Source of the DNA: an uncultured Lentimicrobiaceae bacterium
GTDB lineage: Bacteria > Bacteroidota > Bacteroidia > Bacteroidales > WCHB1-69
Assembly: GCA_964653595.1 (NCBI GenBank)
Contig: CAZZHH010000009.1
Span: 3,506 to 67,505 of the forward strand
Direction of reading: 5' to 3'
Length of the DNA: 64,000 nt
Below, piece after piece: positions 1 to 11,253 of the stretch (position 1 is its first letter; the number at the start of each line of letters is the position of its first letter). The notes below the pieces were generated by a model that was given only the letters and a program-made list of their open reading frames with translations, was not told where the DNA came from and did no database searches. The translations under genes and the position numbers were made by a program.

Positions 1-2721
1 ATTATGAGCAACAATTATCTGTTTAAAATCTGTACGAGGAATATCTTTTGCTATCTCGTTTTCGGATAAATTATCGATTGAATAAGCAATCCAAGTCTCC
101 TCTTTCACAGGGGTAATGCCTACCCAATGGTTTTGAATAGCTAAATCGACCAATGCTTCTCCAATGGCTGAAACACCTTGGATCATAACTACGTTGTTTC
201 CCGATTTAGTGTATGCACTTTGCAAAAAATCCCACGCTCCTGGAGTAGAGACAAGTTTAAAATTCAAAGAAATACCATCTCCCCATTCTCCTAAGTTAAA
301 ATGAAGAATTTGGGATGGATAAAAAGTGATTTTACCTGTACCATTTTGGTCGAAATCGACGAAGAATGGATTATTCAAAGGATTAACACCGATACTTTTC
401 TCATGAACTTCGCCAACTAAAAACAATCTTTTCTGAATAGGTCCATGAATAAAATGTATGGTAAATTCTTTCAAGTTAACATCTTTGAAATCGCTATAAA
501 CGGATGGAATATAGTTTTTTATATCGGGAGAAGAAGGGATAAATTTCAAAGAATCCAGAACACTTTTTCTATGATTGAGGCGGAAAGCTGGAATAGCACG
601 TCTCATCAGGATAAGTCCTTTGTAATAGTCAACCATACGACGAGCGATAGGAGCATATTGGTTATTCATGCGACTCCAACGAATCATGTTTGTAAAGTCG
701 CTACTTGCGTATGAATTTTCGTGAAATTGGGAAGCATCTTCCTCAATATTTATCCATTTTGAAGAAAAGGCACGATGTGATTCTTTATCAAAATCGGCTA
801 GCGGTTTTGTTCTCAACAACTCGTCGCCACCATGTAAGATGATTTTTCCTTGCGAGGTAAACAGAATAGAGGATGCAAATCGCATCAACCTGGCTCTATA
901 AAATCCTTTCACATCGTAACAATGTAGATTAATTTTGTCCCACAAGGTAAATCCATCGTGTACACTCAAAAAATTGAGACAATTATGCGGATTATTAGCA
1001 AATAGATGATATGGATTTCGATAAGTACTATTGTTGTAGGTTACAGCTCCAGGATTAAATCCTTTTAGACCACCAACAATCACCGAAGCGACTTTGTCTA
1101 TTTGAGAATAATCGCCATTAATAAAGCCTTTTTCGTGTAAATTTCCACTGATGCTATCTCTGGCAACATCGTTGAAAATACCGATATCATTTTCGATAGT
1201 TGAATAATTAATCTTAGTAGTGGCAGCATTCACACCACTGGCGCTAGCAGAGACATCTAAATCAGAAAAAAGCCAACCCTCCCCCTGTAAAAACAGTTCA
1301 TTTTTATCGCTTGGATTGTAAGCAGTTCCCACTTTTTCACGAATCAGAGAGATGGTTTCGTGGTCCATAAAGCCCATCAAATCAAACCTAAAGCCATCGA
1401 TGTGATAATGAGTAACAAAAAAAGTGAGCGAATCGATGATTAGTTTACGAACCATTTTACGGCGAGACTCCAAGGTAAAACCAGCTCCGGTATGACTGGA
1501 AACAGAATAATCCTCAAAATATCTGAAATAGCAGCCAGGTGCAATGTTATCAAATGTTTCGAGCAGATACGTATGGTTAAAAACGACATCCATAATAACA
1601 CCAACACCCTGATCATGTAAAGATTGCACCAATTTTTTAAATTCAAAAATTCTACTATACGGATCGTTTGCATTGGTAGAATACCATCCTTCTAATGCAA
1701 AAAAATGGTGCGTATCGTATCCCCAATTATAATTTGGACTTTTCGATTTTGAGTTGGAGAAAGAGCGATCATTTTCATGAACGGTATAAAAGTTCATCAC
1801 AGGAAGCAATTGCACATGAGTAATACCTAAGTATTTCAAATAATTCACTTTTTCTATTGCACCTAAAAAGGTCCCTGCAATGTTTGAATTCACCACATTG
1901 GGTTCAGACGTAAAATCTCGAATGTGTATTTCGTAAGCTACCAAATCGTTTTGATTAGCAACAAATTGGGCATTAGAGTAATTTTTATGGAAGTCAACAG
2001 GAGTAGCTTTTGGATTAAGCAGATCTACGATTGCACTTTTCCCAATTTTATCTTCAGATCCAGGATTAAAAGAGGCCATAGAAAAGCAACATGGATCGAC
2101 AGAAGTAGTAGATTTTCCATAAGCATAAACCCTATATTGGTAAAAAAGACCATCGAAAGAATTCGCGATTTTTAAAATATCAGCGGATAAAATAATTGTA
2201 AACACTCCATTTTCACCTTTTTGCATCCACAGTCGTTTATCCGTTTTTAAAGGCTGTTGAGAGGTATCAAAAAGCAAAATCTCGATATCCGTAGCAGGTG
2301 GCGACCACACTTTAAAAATTGCAGTATTATTTTCAATTCTTACCCCAAAATCCGTAATTTCTTCGGCATTAAAATGAGTATCTAAAACACCACCGATGGT
2401 TGGAGACAAATAGGCATTAATCCACTCATCTTGATATTTCAAGACATAGTTGACGTCATCCTTCCAATCCGAAATTTGAATAAAAGCGATGTTATCCTTC
2501 ACCACAACTACAGGATTTTCCAACCAAGTGAGTTCACTAGTAGAATCTGTTTCGGTATGAGTATAATTCCATCTATAAAGTTCAAAAACCGCCACTTCGG
2601 GATTAAAATCATACCGAGCAGTGATTTCTATCTGACCAGGTGCTGTAATAAGAGCTCTAAGGATGACTCGTTGATCATTTTCCAAGGTATTATCGATGTT
2701 ATCAGCAAAAGGAATATTCAT
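1..2721 (-). CDS. pulA: Type I pullulanase / GH13 debranching enzyme, C-terminal end cut by window edge
   Basis: Absent from the ORF track because its stop lies left of position 1. I translated the minus strand from the ATG at 2721-2719 and checked every codon to position 1; the frame is open. GH13/pullulanase signatures: YNWGYD (1731-1714), DVVFNHT (1590-1570), GFRFD in YHIDGFRFDLMG (1395-1381). It starts 12 nt after the glgB stop, same strand and frame. Confidence 0.85.
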   Translation of the reverse strand, partial: MNIPFADNIDNTLENDQRVILRALITAPGQIEITARYDFNPEVAVFELYRWNYTHTETDSTSELTWLENPVVVVKDNIAFIQISDWKDDVNYVLKYQDEWINAYLSPTIGGVLDTHFNAEEITDFGVRIENNTAIFKVWSPPATDIEILLFDTSQQPLKTDKRLWMQKGENGVFTIILSADILKIANSFDGLFYQYRVYAYGKSTTSVDPCCFSMASFNPGSEDKIGKSAIVDLLNPKATPVDFHKNYSNAQFVANQNDLVAYEIHIRDFTSEPNVVNSNIAGTFLGAIEKVNYLKYLGITHVQLLPVMNFYTVHENDRSFSNSKSKSPNYNWGYDTHHFFALEGWYSTNANDPYSRIFEFKKLVQSLHDQGVGVIMDVVFNHTYLLETFDNIAPGCYFRYFEDYSVSSHTGAGFTLESRRKMVRKLIIDSLTFFVTHYHIDGFRFDLMGFMDHETISLIREKVGTAYNPSDKNELFLQGEGWLFSDLDVSASASGVNAATTKINYSTIENDIGIFNDVARDSISGNLHEKGFINGDYSQIDKVASVIVGGLKGFNPGAVTYNNSTYRNPYHLFANNPHNCLNFLSVHDGFTLWDKINLHCYDVKGFYRARLMRFASSILFTSQGKIILHGGDELLRTKPLADFDKESHRAFSSKWINIEEDASQFHENSYASSDFTNMIRWSRMNNQYAPIARRMVDYYKGLILMRRAIPAFRLNHRKSVLDSLKFIPSSPDIKNYIPSVYSDFKDVNLKEFTIHFIHGPIQKRLFLVGEVHEKSIGVNPLNNPFFVDFDQNGTGKITFYPSQILHFNLGEWGDGISLNFKLVSTPGAWDFLQSAYTKSGNNVVMIQGVSAIGEALVDLAIQNHWVGITPVKEETWIAYSIDNLSENEIAKDIPRTDFKQIIVAHN

Positions 2722-2733
2722 ACAAAAGAGGTG

Positions 2734-4728
2734 TTAGGGAAGAACGATTTTTTCGAGAACGAGAGCAGTTCGGGATGGAATATACAATTTCAAAATATTT
2801 ATTTCTGCAATAAACTGAGATATGTACACGATCGACTCATCTACTCTTTCGTATCCACCAAATCGAGAATTATCGGTATTTAATATTATTTTCCAACTAC
2901 CTTTAACTCCAAGAATACCATAATCTTGAAAAGAAGAAGTAGCATTAAAATTAAAAACAAATATGAAATTACCTCTAGAAAAAATCAACACCTGATCCAT
3001 TTGATTTCTAGTTATTGGGATAGGTTGAGACAAAAGCAACTCATCCATTTTCATCAAACGCACCATCTCTTTGTCAAAAAACAACAAATGATGATATCTA
3101 AGTTGTGGATTATCGGCTAGACTCCATTGTCGACGAGCGTAGTGGTACGACCAGTTGTTTCCCAATCTCGGAAAATCAATCCATTCGGGATGTCCAAACT
3201 CATTCCCCATAAAATTCAAATATCCACCTTGTGCCGTAGAAATCGTTAAAAGGCGTAACATCTTATGAAGAGCAATTCCTCTTTCAACGACTACATTCTG
3301 TTGATCGACTCTCATGTTGTAGTACATTTCAGAATCTATCAATCTAAAAATGATAGTTTTATCACCAACTAAAGCTTGGTCGTGACTTTCAAGGTATGAG
3401 ATCACTCTTTCGTCGGCTCTTTTGTTGGTAAGCTGATAGAACATTTCGCCTACCGACCACTGTTCGTCGGGTAGTTCTTTAATTGTTTTAATCCAAAAAT
3501 CGGGAATTCCCATCGCTAATCGATAGTCGAAACCCACCCCACCCTCATCGATAGGAGAAGCCATTCCTGGGAGGCCACTCATCTCTTCTGCAATGGTTAT
3601 TGCATTTGGGTTTAGTTGGTGGATAAGCATATTAGCAGCTCTAAGATATGCCAACGCATGAACATCCAAATTGGGATTGTAATAATCAGCATAGCCTAAA
3701 AAATCTCTTCCCAATCCATGATCTAAATATATCATACTTGTAACACCGTCGAATCTAAACCCATCAAATTTAAATACATCTAGCCAATACTTACAATTTG
3801 AGAGCAAAAAATGAAGGACTTCGGGTTTTTGATAATCAAAGCAAAGGGAGTCCCATGCAGGATGTTGACCACGAACTCCAGCATGAAAAAATTGATATTC
3901 TGTACCATCATATTTTCCCAGACCTTCTATTTCATTTTTTACCGCATGAGAGTGGACAATATCCATAATTACCGAAATGCCATACCCATGGGCTTCATCG
4001 ATAAGTTGTTTTAACTCTTCGGGGGTACCAAAGCGTGAAGAGGCAGCAAAAAAGCTCGAAACATGATAACCAAAGGAGCCATAATATGGATGTTCTTGTA
4101 TGGCCATAAGCTGAATTACATTGTAACCCAAAGAGACAATACGTGGCAAAACAGAGGTTCGAAATTCATAGTAACTAGCTACTTTGCCTTCTTCAGAGGA
4201 CATTCCGATATGAGCCTCGTAAATAATTGGAAACTTAGGAGACGATGGAATTTTGTTTTTAAACCGATAAGGAGTCGATGGCGCCCACACCATGGCTGAA
4301 AAGATGAGTGTTTCAGTATCTTGAACAACCCTTGTTGCCCAAGCAGGAATTCGTTCCCCTTCGCCCTCTGGCCAAACTATGATCAACTTATACAGATTGC
4401 CATGTTTTAATTGCGACAAGGGTAATATTAATTCCCAATCATCAGAATTGTTTTTAGAAAATTTGTATGTATTGTTTTTTTTCCAGTCATTAAAATCTCC
4501 AATTAACCAAACTTCACTAGCATTAGGAGCCCATTCTCTAAAAACCCAACTCTCCGATGTTTGATTCAACCCATAATACAAATGCCCATTAACAGAATCA
4601 GATAGTGAGCCTGCATTGTTTTGCAAATTATCTATTACCAGATTACTGTAGCTTATAAAATTCTCGATAAATGAGGTGTAAGGACTCAGATATGGATCAT
4701 TGGCAATAATGGGCAATACCTTTTTCAT
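2734..4728 (-). CDS. glgB: 1,4-alpha-glucan branching enzyme (GH13)
   Basis: 664-aa ORF with GH13 catalytic motifs DIVHSH, FDGFRFDGVTS, IAEEMSG and LESHDQA. The N-terminal region is typical of branching enzymes. Confidence 0.9.
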   Translation of the reverse strand: MKKVLPIIANDPYLSPYTSFIENFISYSNLVIDNLQNNAGSLSDSVNGHLYYGLNQTSESWVFREWAPNASEVWLIGDFNDWKKNNTYKFSKNNSDDWELILPLSQLKHGNLYKLIIVWPEGEGERIPAWATRVVQDTETLIFSAMVWAPSTPYRFKNKIPSSPKFPIIYEAHIGMSSEEGKVASYYEFRTSVLPRIVSLGYNVIQLMAIQEHPYYGSFGYHVSSFFAASSRFGTPEELKQLIDEAHGYGISVIMDIVHSHAVKNEIEGLGKYDGTEYQFFHAGVRGQHPAWDSLCFDYQKPEVLHFLLSNCKYWLDVFKFDGFRFDGVTSMIYLDHGLGRDFLGYADYYNPNLDVHALAYLRAANMLIHQLNPNAITIAEEMSGLPGMASPIDEGGVGFDYRLAMGIPDFWIKTIKELPDEQWSVGEMFYQLTNKRADERVISYLESHDQALVGDKTIIFRLIDSEMYYNMRVDQQNVVVERGIALHKMLRLLTISTAQGGYLNFMGNEFGHPEWIDFPRLGNNWSYHYARRQWSLADNPQLRYHHLLFFDKEMVRLMKMDELLLSQPIPITRNQMDQVLIFSRGNFIFVFNFNATSSFQDYGILGVKGSWKIILNTDNSRFGGYERVDESIVYISQFIAEINILKLYIPSRTALVLEKIVLP

Positions 4729-5110
4729 TGTTTGTATATAGTTAATTTTGATAACTTCAAATTTTTATCAAAAATAGCATAAATAAAAGAGAAAATCATC
4801 ATTTATTTTCAATAGATATAGAAGCTAACCTAAAAATGAGGAATAACAGGAAAATGACTCAAAAAAAACAAAAATTAAGGGGTTAAATATATATTAAGTA
4901 TCAGTATTTAAATGAAATTCACATTTTTCTCACCCAAACAAAGTTGTTAAAAATAGTTAATATTGAATAAAAAACTAGATTTTGCAGATGAACAAAATTC
5001 AAGGTTAAGTATCTGTAAATAGATGAAATGCAACAAATATGGATACTAGTAAAGCATAAATTATTAATTTTGACTCAATATAAATAGGTGTTTTTAACCT
5101 CAAAAATTAA

Positions 5111-5132
5111 TAAATTTGTCCCCTTAAATTTG
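5111..5132 (+). promoter_or_regulatory. Two tandem Bacteroidota -7 boxes (TAnnTTTG)
   Basis: TAAATTTG occurs at 5111-5118 and again at 5125-5132, 13-34 nt upstream of the ATG at 5145, at the end of a 416-bp AT-rich intergenic region. Confidence 0.45.
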
Positions 5133-5135
5133 TAA

Positions 5136-6329
<1,194 letters not shown>

Positions 6330-6341
6330 TACAATATCAAC

Positions 6342-7463
6342 ATGAACATTCTTATCAAAGAGGTAAAAACAAAAAGGGAACTAAAACGCTTTATCAATTT
6401 TGCCTACGATTTATACAAAGGAAACAAATTTTGGTGTCCTCCAATTTTCTTTGATGAGATGGACACTTTGCATTGGGATAAAAATCCAGCATTTGAGTAT
6501 TGTGAAGCAAGATATTGGCTTGCTTATGACGGAAACAAAATTGTAGGACGAATTGCAGGTATTATCAACAACAAGGCAAATGAAATTTGGAATGAACAAC
6601 GTATCCGTTTTGGTTGGTTTGATTTTATCGACGATGCTAATGTTCCCAAACTACTTTTAGAAGAAGTTGCAAACTGGGGAAAAGAGAGAGGATTAAACAC
6701 CATACATGGCCCACTTGGATTTACGGATATGGATAAAGAGGGCTTGTTGATTAAAGGATTTGAAGAGCTTGGCTCTGTTGCATCATATTATAATCATGCT
6801 TATTATCAAAATAGAGTAGAAGCCCTTGGATATGAGAAAGATGTAGACTGGGTTCAATCCCTATTTCCAATTCCAGAAGTGGTACCCGAAAAGATTTCAC
6901 GATTCTCAGAGCTAGTTCAACAAAAATTTAAACTCCACTTGTTGGAAGTAAAAAAATCGAAAGACTTTTTACCCTATGCTAAGGGAATATTTGAAACTTT
7001 AAACCGATGTTTTAAGGACTTATATGGCTTTGTTCCGTTGAGCGAGAAGCAGATAAACATGTTGGTAAAAGCATATTTTAGCTTTGTACGACCTGAATTT
7101 ATCGGAGTAGTACTCAATGAAGCCAACGTAGTAGTTGGTTTTGGAGTTGCCTTACCATCGCTAACAAAAGCTTTACAAAAATGCAATGGGAAACTTTTCC
7201 CTTTTGGATTTATCTATCTTTACAAAGCTTTGAAATCAAACGATATAGTAGACATGTATATCAATGGGGTTGATCCAGAATATCACAACAAGGGAGTACC
7301 ATCGGTATATTTTAACTTCATGTGTCAAAATTTCATCAAACATAAGGTAAAATGGGCACTATCCAACCCTCAATTAGAGGATAACAGCAAGGCTTTAAAC
7401 TTGTGGCAACATTTTGATTCTAGGCAGCACATAACACGACGTTGCTATATAAAAGCAATCTAG
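6342..7463 (+). CDS. GNAT-like N-acyltransferase family protein
   Basis: 373 aa. I recognise this as the widespread Bacteroidota GNAT-type family (FGWFDFIDD, KLFPFGF, PEYHNKGV). It starts 12 nt after the preceding gene. Confidence 0.6.
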   Translation: MNILIKEVKTKRELKRFINFAYDLYKGNKFWCPPIFFDEMDTLHWDKNPAFEYCEARYWLAYDGNKIVGRIAGIINNKANEIWNEQRIRFGWFDFIDDANVPKLLLEEVANWGKERGLNTIHGPLGFTDMDKEGLLIKGFEELGSVASYYNHAYYQNRVEALGYEKDVDWVQSLFPIPEVVPEKISRFSELVQQKFKLHLLEVKKSKDFLPYAKGIFETLNRCFKDLYGFVPLSEKQINMLVKAYFSFVRPEFIGVVLNEANVVVGFGVALPSLTKALQKCNGKLFPFGFIYLYKALKSNDIVDMYINGVDPEYHNKGVPSVYFNFMCQNFIKHKVKWALSNPQLEDNSKALNLWQHFDSRQHITRRCYIKAI

Positions 7464-7476
7464 AAAATAGACTTTA

Positions 7477-7508
7477 AAGCCGTTGATCTTTACATCGGCT
7501 TTTTTTTC
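7477..7508 (+). terminator. Weak hairpin plus T8
   Basis: AAGCCG (7477-7482) pairs with CGGCTT (7496-7501), followed by a T run and then A10. Short stem and a 13-nt loop. Confidence 0.3.
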
Positions 7509-7527
7509 AAAAAAAAAATAAAACCAA

Positions 7528-8538
7528 ATGGGCAAACGAATTTTAATCACAGGAGCAAGTGGATTTATTGGCAGTTTTTTATGCCAAAAAGGAGTGGATT
7601 TAGGATATGAAGTATGGGCAGGTATGAGAAAAACGAGCAGCAAAGAGTACCTTCAAGATCCAAATATCCACTTTATTGTATTAAACTTTGAAGATAAAGC
7701 TGTACTAAAAGAACAAATAACAACCTTCAATCAATCGCATGGCAAATTCGACATCATCATCCACAATGCGGGTTGTACAAAAGCTCCTCATGATGAAGAC
7801 TATCGAAATATAAATTTCATAAACACCAAAAATTTTGTAGATATCCTCATCGAAACCGACAACAACCCTGAGAAGTTTATTTTTACAAGTAGTTTAGCAG
7901 CCTTTGGCCCTGGAATAGAGAAAACTACGAAACCTGTTTTATTAGATCAAACCCCTAATCCAATCAATTTATACGGAAAGAGCAAACTGGAAGCAGAGCA
8001 GTATCTTCGATCTATACCTTCGTTAAACTGTATCATATTGAGACCTACAGGAGTCTATGGTCCTAGAGAAAAGGACTATTTTACCGTTTTTAACATGATA
8101 AACAATAAATTGGAAGCATATATAGGAACAAAAAAACAGCATTTAACTTTCATTTACGTTGCTGATTTAGTGAGACTTTACTATTTGGCAATTGAATCAA
8201 ACATTCATTATGGTAGTTATTTTGCTTCTGAAAGTAAGTGGTATTATACCGAAGATTTTTACAGAATTATCAAAAAAACGCTAAACAAGTCCACATTTTG
8301 CATTACAGTTCCTCTCTTTCTTGTTACTTTTATTGCAAAAATTAACGATGTAATTGGCAAAATAATTGGCAAAAACCCAACGTTGAACAGCGACAAGTTA
8401 GGGATATTAAAGGCAACAAATTGGATCTGTGAGACAGCGCCACTTAAAAAGGATTTTGATTTTGAACCAGAATACGACCTCCAAAAAGGGGTAGAAGAAA
8501 CAATACTATGGTACAAAGAACATGGTTGGCTGAAATAA
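7528..8538 (+). CDS. NAD(P)-dependent epimerase/dehydratase-type SDR (candidate 3-keto reductase)
   Basis: 336 aa with the Rossmann motif ITGASGFIGS and a catalytic YxxxK (YGKSK). Confidence 0.8.
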   Translation: MGKRILITGASGFIGSFLCQKGVDLGYEVWAGMRKTSSKEYLQDPNIHFIVLNFEDKAVLKEQITTFNQSHGKFDIIIHNAGCTKAPHDEDYRNINFINTKNFVDILIETDNNPEKFIFTSSLAAFGPGIEKTTKPVLLDQTPNPINLYGKSKLEAEQYLRSIPSLNCIILRPTGVYGPREKDYFTVFNMINNKLEAYIGTKKQHLTFIYVADLVRLYYLAIESNIHYGSYFASESKWYYTEDFYRIIKKTLNKSTFCITVPLFLVTFIAKINDVIGKIIGKNPTLNSDKLGILKATNWICETAPLKKDFDFEPEYDLQKGVEETILWYKEHGWLK

Positions 8539-9413
8539 AAAAATTGCTATCGCCAATAGATAAAGTTACTTTATTATATTCGCTAATTACAGCTATTTGG
8601 ATTAGTATCTTTTTTACAAAAATTGATACTGCATTGCAACTACTAATAAATAGGGTGTTGATAATGGCTTTGGTAATTGCCATTGCACTCTGGCATCGTC
8701 ACCGACCATCGTTATATAGCGATTTAATCCGTCATTTATATGGAATTGCATTGCTCTCCTACTGGTATGGGGAAACCTATTCATTAAACGGAGTGTTATT
8801 TACCCCTTTCGATGACATTTTTTACAACATAGATCAACAGCTTTTTGGCTATCAACCAAGTATAGAATTTAGCAAAACGTTTCCCTACAGGTGGTTTTCT
8901 GATCTTTTAAACTTTGGATATTTCTCTTATTTCTTTTTAAATTTAGCCACTTTTGCAGTTGTATTTTTCAAAAAAAGAGAAGATGCCATAAAATCTGTTT
9001 TTATCGTGCTTACCTCCTTTTATATCTACTATTGGATTTTCATTCTATTTCCAGTAGTAGGTCCTCAGTTTTGGCTTCCCGAATCGCTACAATCAGTACA
9101 AGTAGGATATATTTTTCAAAAAGGGGTAACATTAGTGCAACAATTTGGGGAAAAACCTACGGGTGCTTTTCCTAGTTCGCATGTTGGGATGACCATTATA
9201 TTTCTGATCCTTACCCGAAAATATTCGAAAAAGGCTTTTTTAATCATGATTCCTATTGCTGTGCTTTTGATTTTTTCCACCGTATACATAAAAGCGCATT
9301 ATGTAATAGATGTGGTTGCAGGTTTAATTTCTTGCATTCCCATTTATTGGATTTCTAAGGTTTCCTTTGCCTTTTTTGACAAACAGAAGCAAATTTCACA
9401 TCAAAAGAGTTAA
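8508..9413 (+). CDS. Polytopic PAP2-superfamily protein, IPC/sphingomyelin-synthase-like
   Basis: 301 aa with multiple hydrophobic spans. FPSSHVGMT and KAHYVIDVVAG resemble the SGH and HYTxDV motifs of PAP2-type phosphosphingolipid synthases. It overlaps the upstream gene by 31 nt. Confidence 0.65.
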   Translation: MVQRTWLAEIKKLLSPIDKVTLLYSLITAIWISIFFTKIDTALQLLINRVLIMALVIAIALWHRHRPSLYSDLIRHLYGIALLSYWYGETYSLNGVLFTPFDDIFYNIDQQLFGYQPSIEFSKTFPYRWFSDLLNFGYFSYFFLNLATFAVVFFKKREDAIKSVFIVLTSFYIYYWIFILFPVVGPQFWLPESLQSVQVGYIFQKGVTLVQQFGEKPTGAFPSSHVGMTIIFLILTRKYSKKAFLIMIPIAVLLIFSTVYIKAHYVIDVVAGLISCIPIYWISKVSFAFFDKQKQISHQKS

Positions 9414-9436
9414 TTTTACATCAAAAATAAGGTTCT

Positions 9437-11158
9437 ATGAAAACAAAAATGATCGTTTTACTTGTGATGTTATCCATTTCAAAAATTGGATATTCATGTA
9501 CCAGTTATTTAATCACGAAAGGTGCATCTGCTGATGGTAGTACAATGATTAGCTATGCTGCCGATTCCCATGTTCGCTATGGCGAATTATATTTTAGAAG
9601 GGGAGGCAAATGGGCAGAGGGTACCATGTTAAAATTATACGATCGGGGTTCTTTAAAATTCTTAGGCGAAATTCCCCAAGCAAAAGAGACTTATAATGTA
9701 ATTGGCTTTATGAATGAGCACCAAGTAAGTATTGGAGAGACTACTTTTGGTGGATTGCCACAATTGGAAGATACCACGGGAAGAATTGATTATGGTAGTT
9801 TGATGTTTTTGGCGATGGACAGAGCTAAAACAGCTAGAGAAGCGATCAAAATAATTGGTGAACTGGTCGAAAAGTACGGGTATTATGGTGGAGGAGAGTC
9901 TTTTTCTATAGGAGATCCCAACGAAGTGTGGATTATGGAAATTGTAGGCAAAGGGACTGAAATGGTTCTTGATCCAAAAACCAAAACTATGGTTAACAAA
10001 AACAAAGGTGCTGTTTGGGTTGCAGTCCGCATTCCAGACGGATATATATCCGCGCATGCCAATCAAGCAAGGATAACAACCTTTGCTTTAGAGAGGACTA
10101 AAAAAGCCATTACATCTAAAAACTGGAGCAATATCAACAATCCAAACCTTGAAGTCATATACGCACATGATGTGATAAAATTTGCCAGAGACAATAAACT
10201 GTTCAACGGCAAAGACGAAGAATTTAGTTTTTCGGACACATATAATCCGATGACATTTGATGGAGCTAGGTATTGTGAAATGAGAGTTTGGAGTATGTTT
10301 AAAGAAGTGAATGCCGATATGAATGAATTCATAGATTATGTAAGTGGAAAAAATTTAAAACATAGAATGCCTCTTTATATCAAACCAAATCGCAAACTAA
10401 CTCCCTCAGATCTAATGAGTTTTAAACGCGATCATTTAGAGGGAACTCCTTTTGATATGACCAAAGATGCTGGAGCAGGTCCATTTGAGTTACCATACCG
10501 TTGGCGCCCGTTGACATGGAAATACGATGGCAAAGAGTACCTCAACGAAAGGGCGACAGCTACACAACAAACTGGATTTTCATTTATCGCACAAATGCGA
10601 AGCTGGATGCCCAATCCAATAGGAGGTATTAATTGGTTTGGAGTAGACGATGCATCCACCTGTGTGTATGTGCCTTTTTATTGTGGAATTACTTCGGTCC
10701 CTCACTGTTTTGCAGAGGGAAATGGCGATATGTTAACCTATTCTTCCGATGCCGCTTTTTGGGCCTTCAACAAAGTTGCAAACTTTTGCTACCTACGATA
10801 CAACATCATGATCGATGACGTAAAATTGTTGCAAAAAACTTTAGAAAACACTTTCCAAAAAGAGATTGCAGAAACGGATCAAAAAGCACTTGATATGTGG
10901 AAAATAAACCCAGATCAATCAAGAGCATTTCTCACTTCAACTACTTCCGAAAGAGCTAATAACGTAGTGGAAAGATGGAATAAACTTTTCGAATTTTTGC
11001 TTGTAAAGTACATCGATGGCAATGTGAAGCAAGAAGAAAACGGCAACTTTAAACGAAACAAGCATGGATTTCCAGCAAATCCAAAACAACCGGGATATAA
11101 CGACTTGTGGAAAAAACAGGTAATTGATAATAATGGAGAAATGTTATTAGTGAAGTAA
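9437..11158 (+). CDS. Secreted C69-family dipeptidase
   Basis: 573 aa. A signal peptide is followed by the nucleophile Cys in YSCTSYLITKGAS. Length and layout are typical of peptidase C69. Confidence 0.8.
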   Translation: MKTKMIVLLVMLSISKIGYSCTSYLITKGASADGSTMISYAADSHVRYGELYFRRGGKWAEGTMLKLYDRGSLKFLGEIPQAKETYNVIGFMNEHQVSIGETTFGGLPQLEDTTGRIDYGSLMFLAMDRAKTAREAIKIIGELVEKYGYYGGGESFSIGDPNEVWIMEIVGKGTEMVLDPKTKTMVNKNKGAVWVAVRIPDGYISAHANQARITTFALERTKKAITSKNWSNINNPNLEVIYAHDVIKFARDNKLFNGKDEEFSFSDTYNPMTFDGARYCEMRVWSMFKEVNADMNEFIDYVSGKNLKHRMPLYIKPNRKLTPSDLMSFKRDHLEGTPFDMTKDAGAGPFELPYRWRPLTWKYDGKEYLNERATATQQTGFSFIAQMRSWMPNPIGGINWFGVDDASTCVYVPFYCGITSVPHCFAEGNGDMLTYSSDAAFWAFNKVANFCYLRYNIMIDDVKLLQKTLENTFQKEIAETDQKALDMWKINPDQSRAFLTSTTSERANNVVERWNKLFEFLLVKYIDGNVKQEENGNFKRNKHGFPANPKQPGYNDLWKKQVIDNNGEMLLVK

Positions 11159-11253
11159 CAATTGAATTCGTCGAACTTTTTAATTCTTTTTCACCACTAA
11201 GGCACTCAGAACACTAAGTCCTCTTAATTCTATATTCTTAATTCTCAAAAAAA

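Noticed and set aside
445-2883. Plus-strand track ORFs 445..714, 1924..2175 and 2431..2883, and minus-strand 1440..1673
   Set aside because: All lie inside, or in a different frame from, the long open minus-strand pullulanase frame, which carries the GH13 motifs. They are shadow ORFs.
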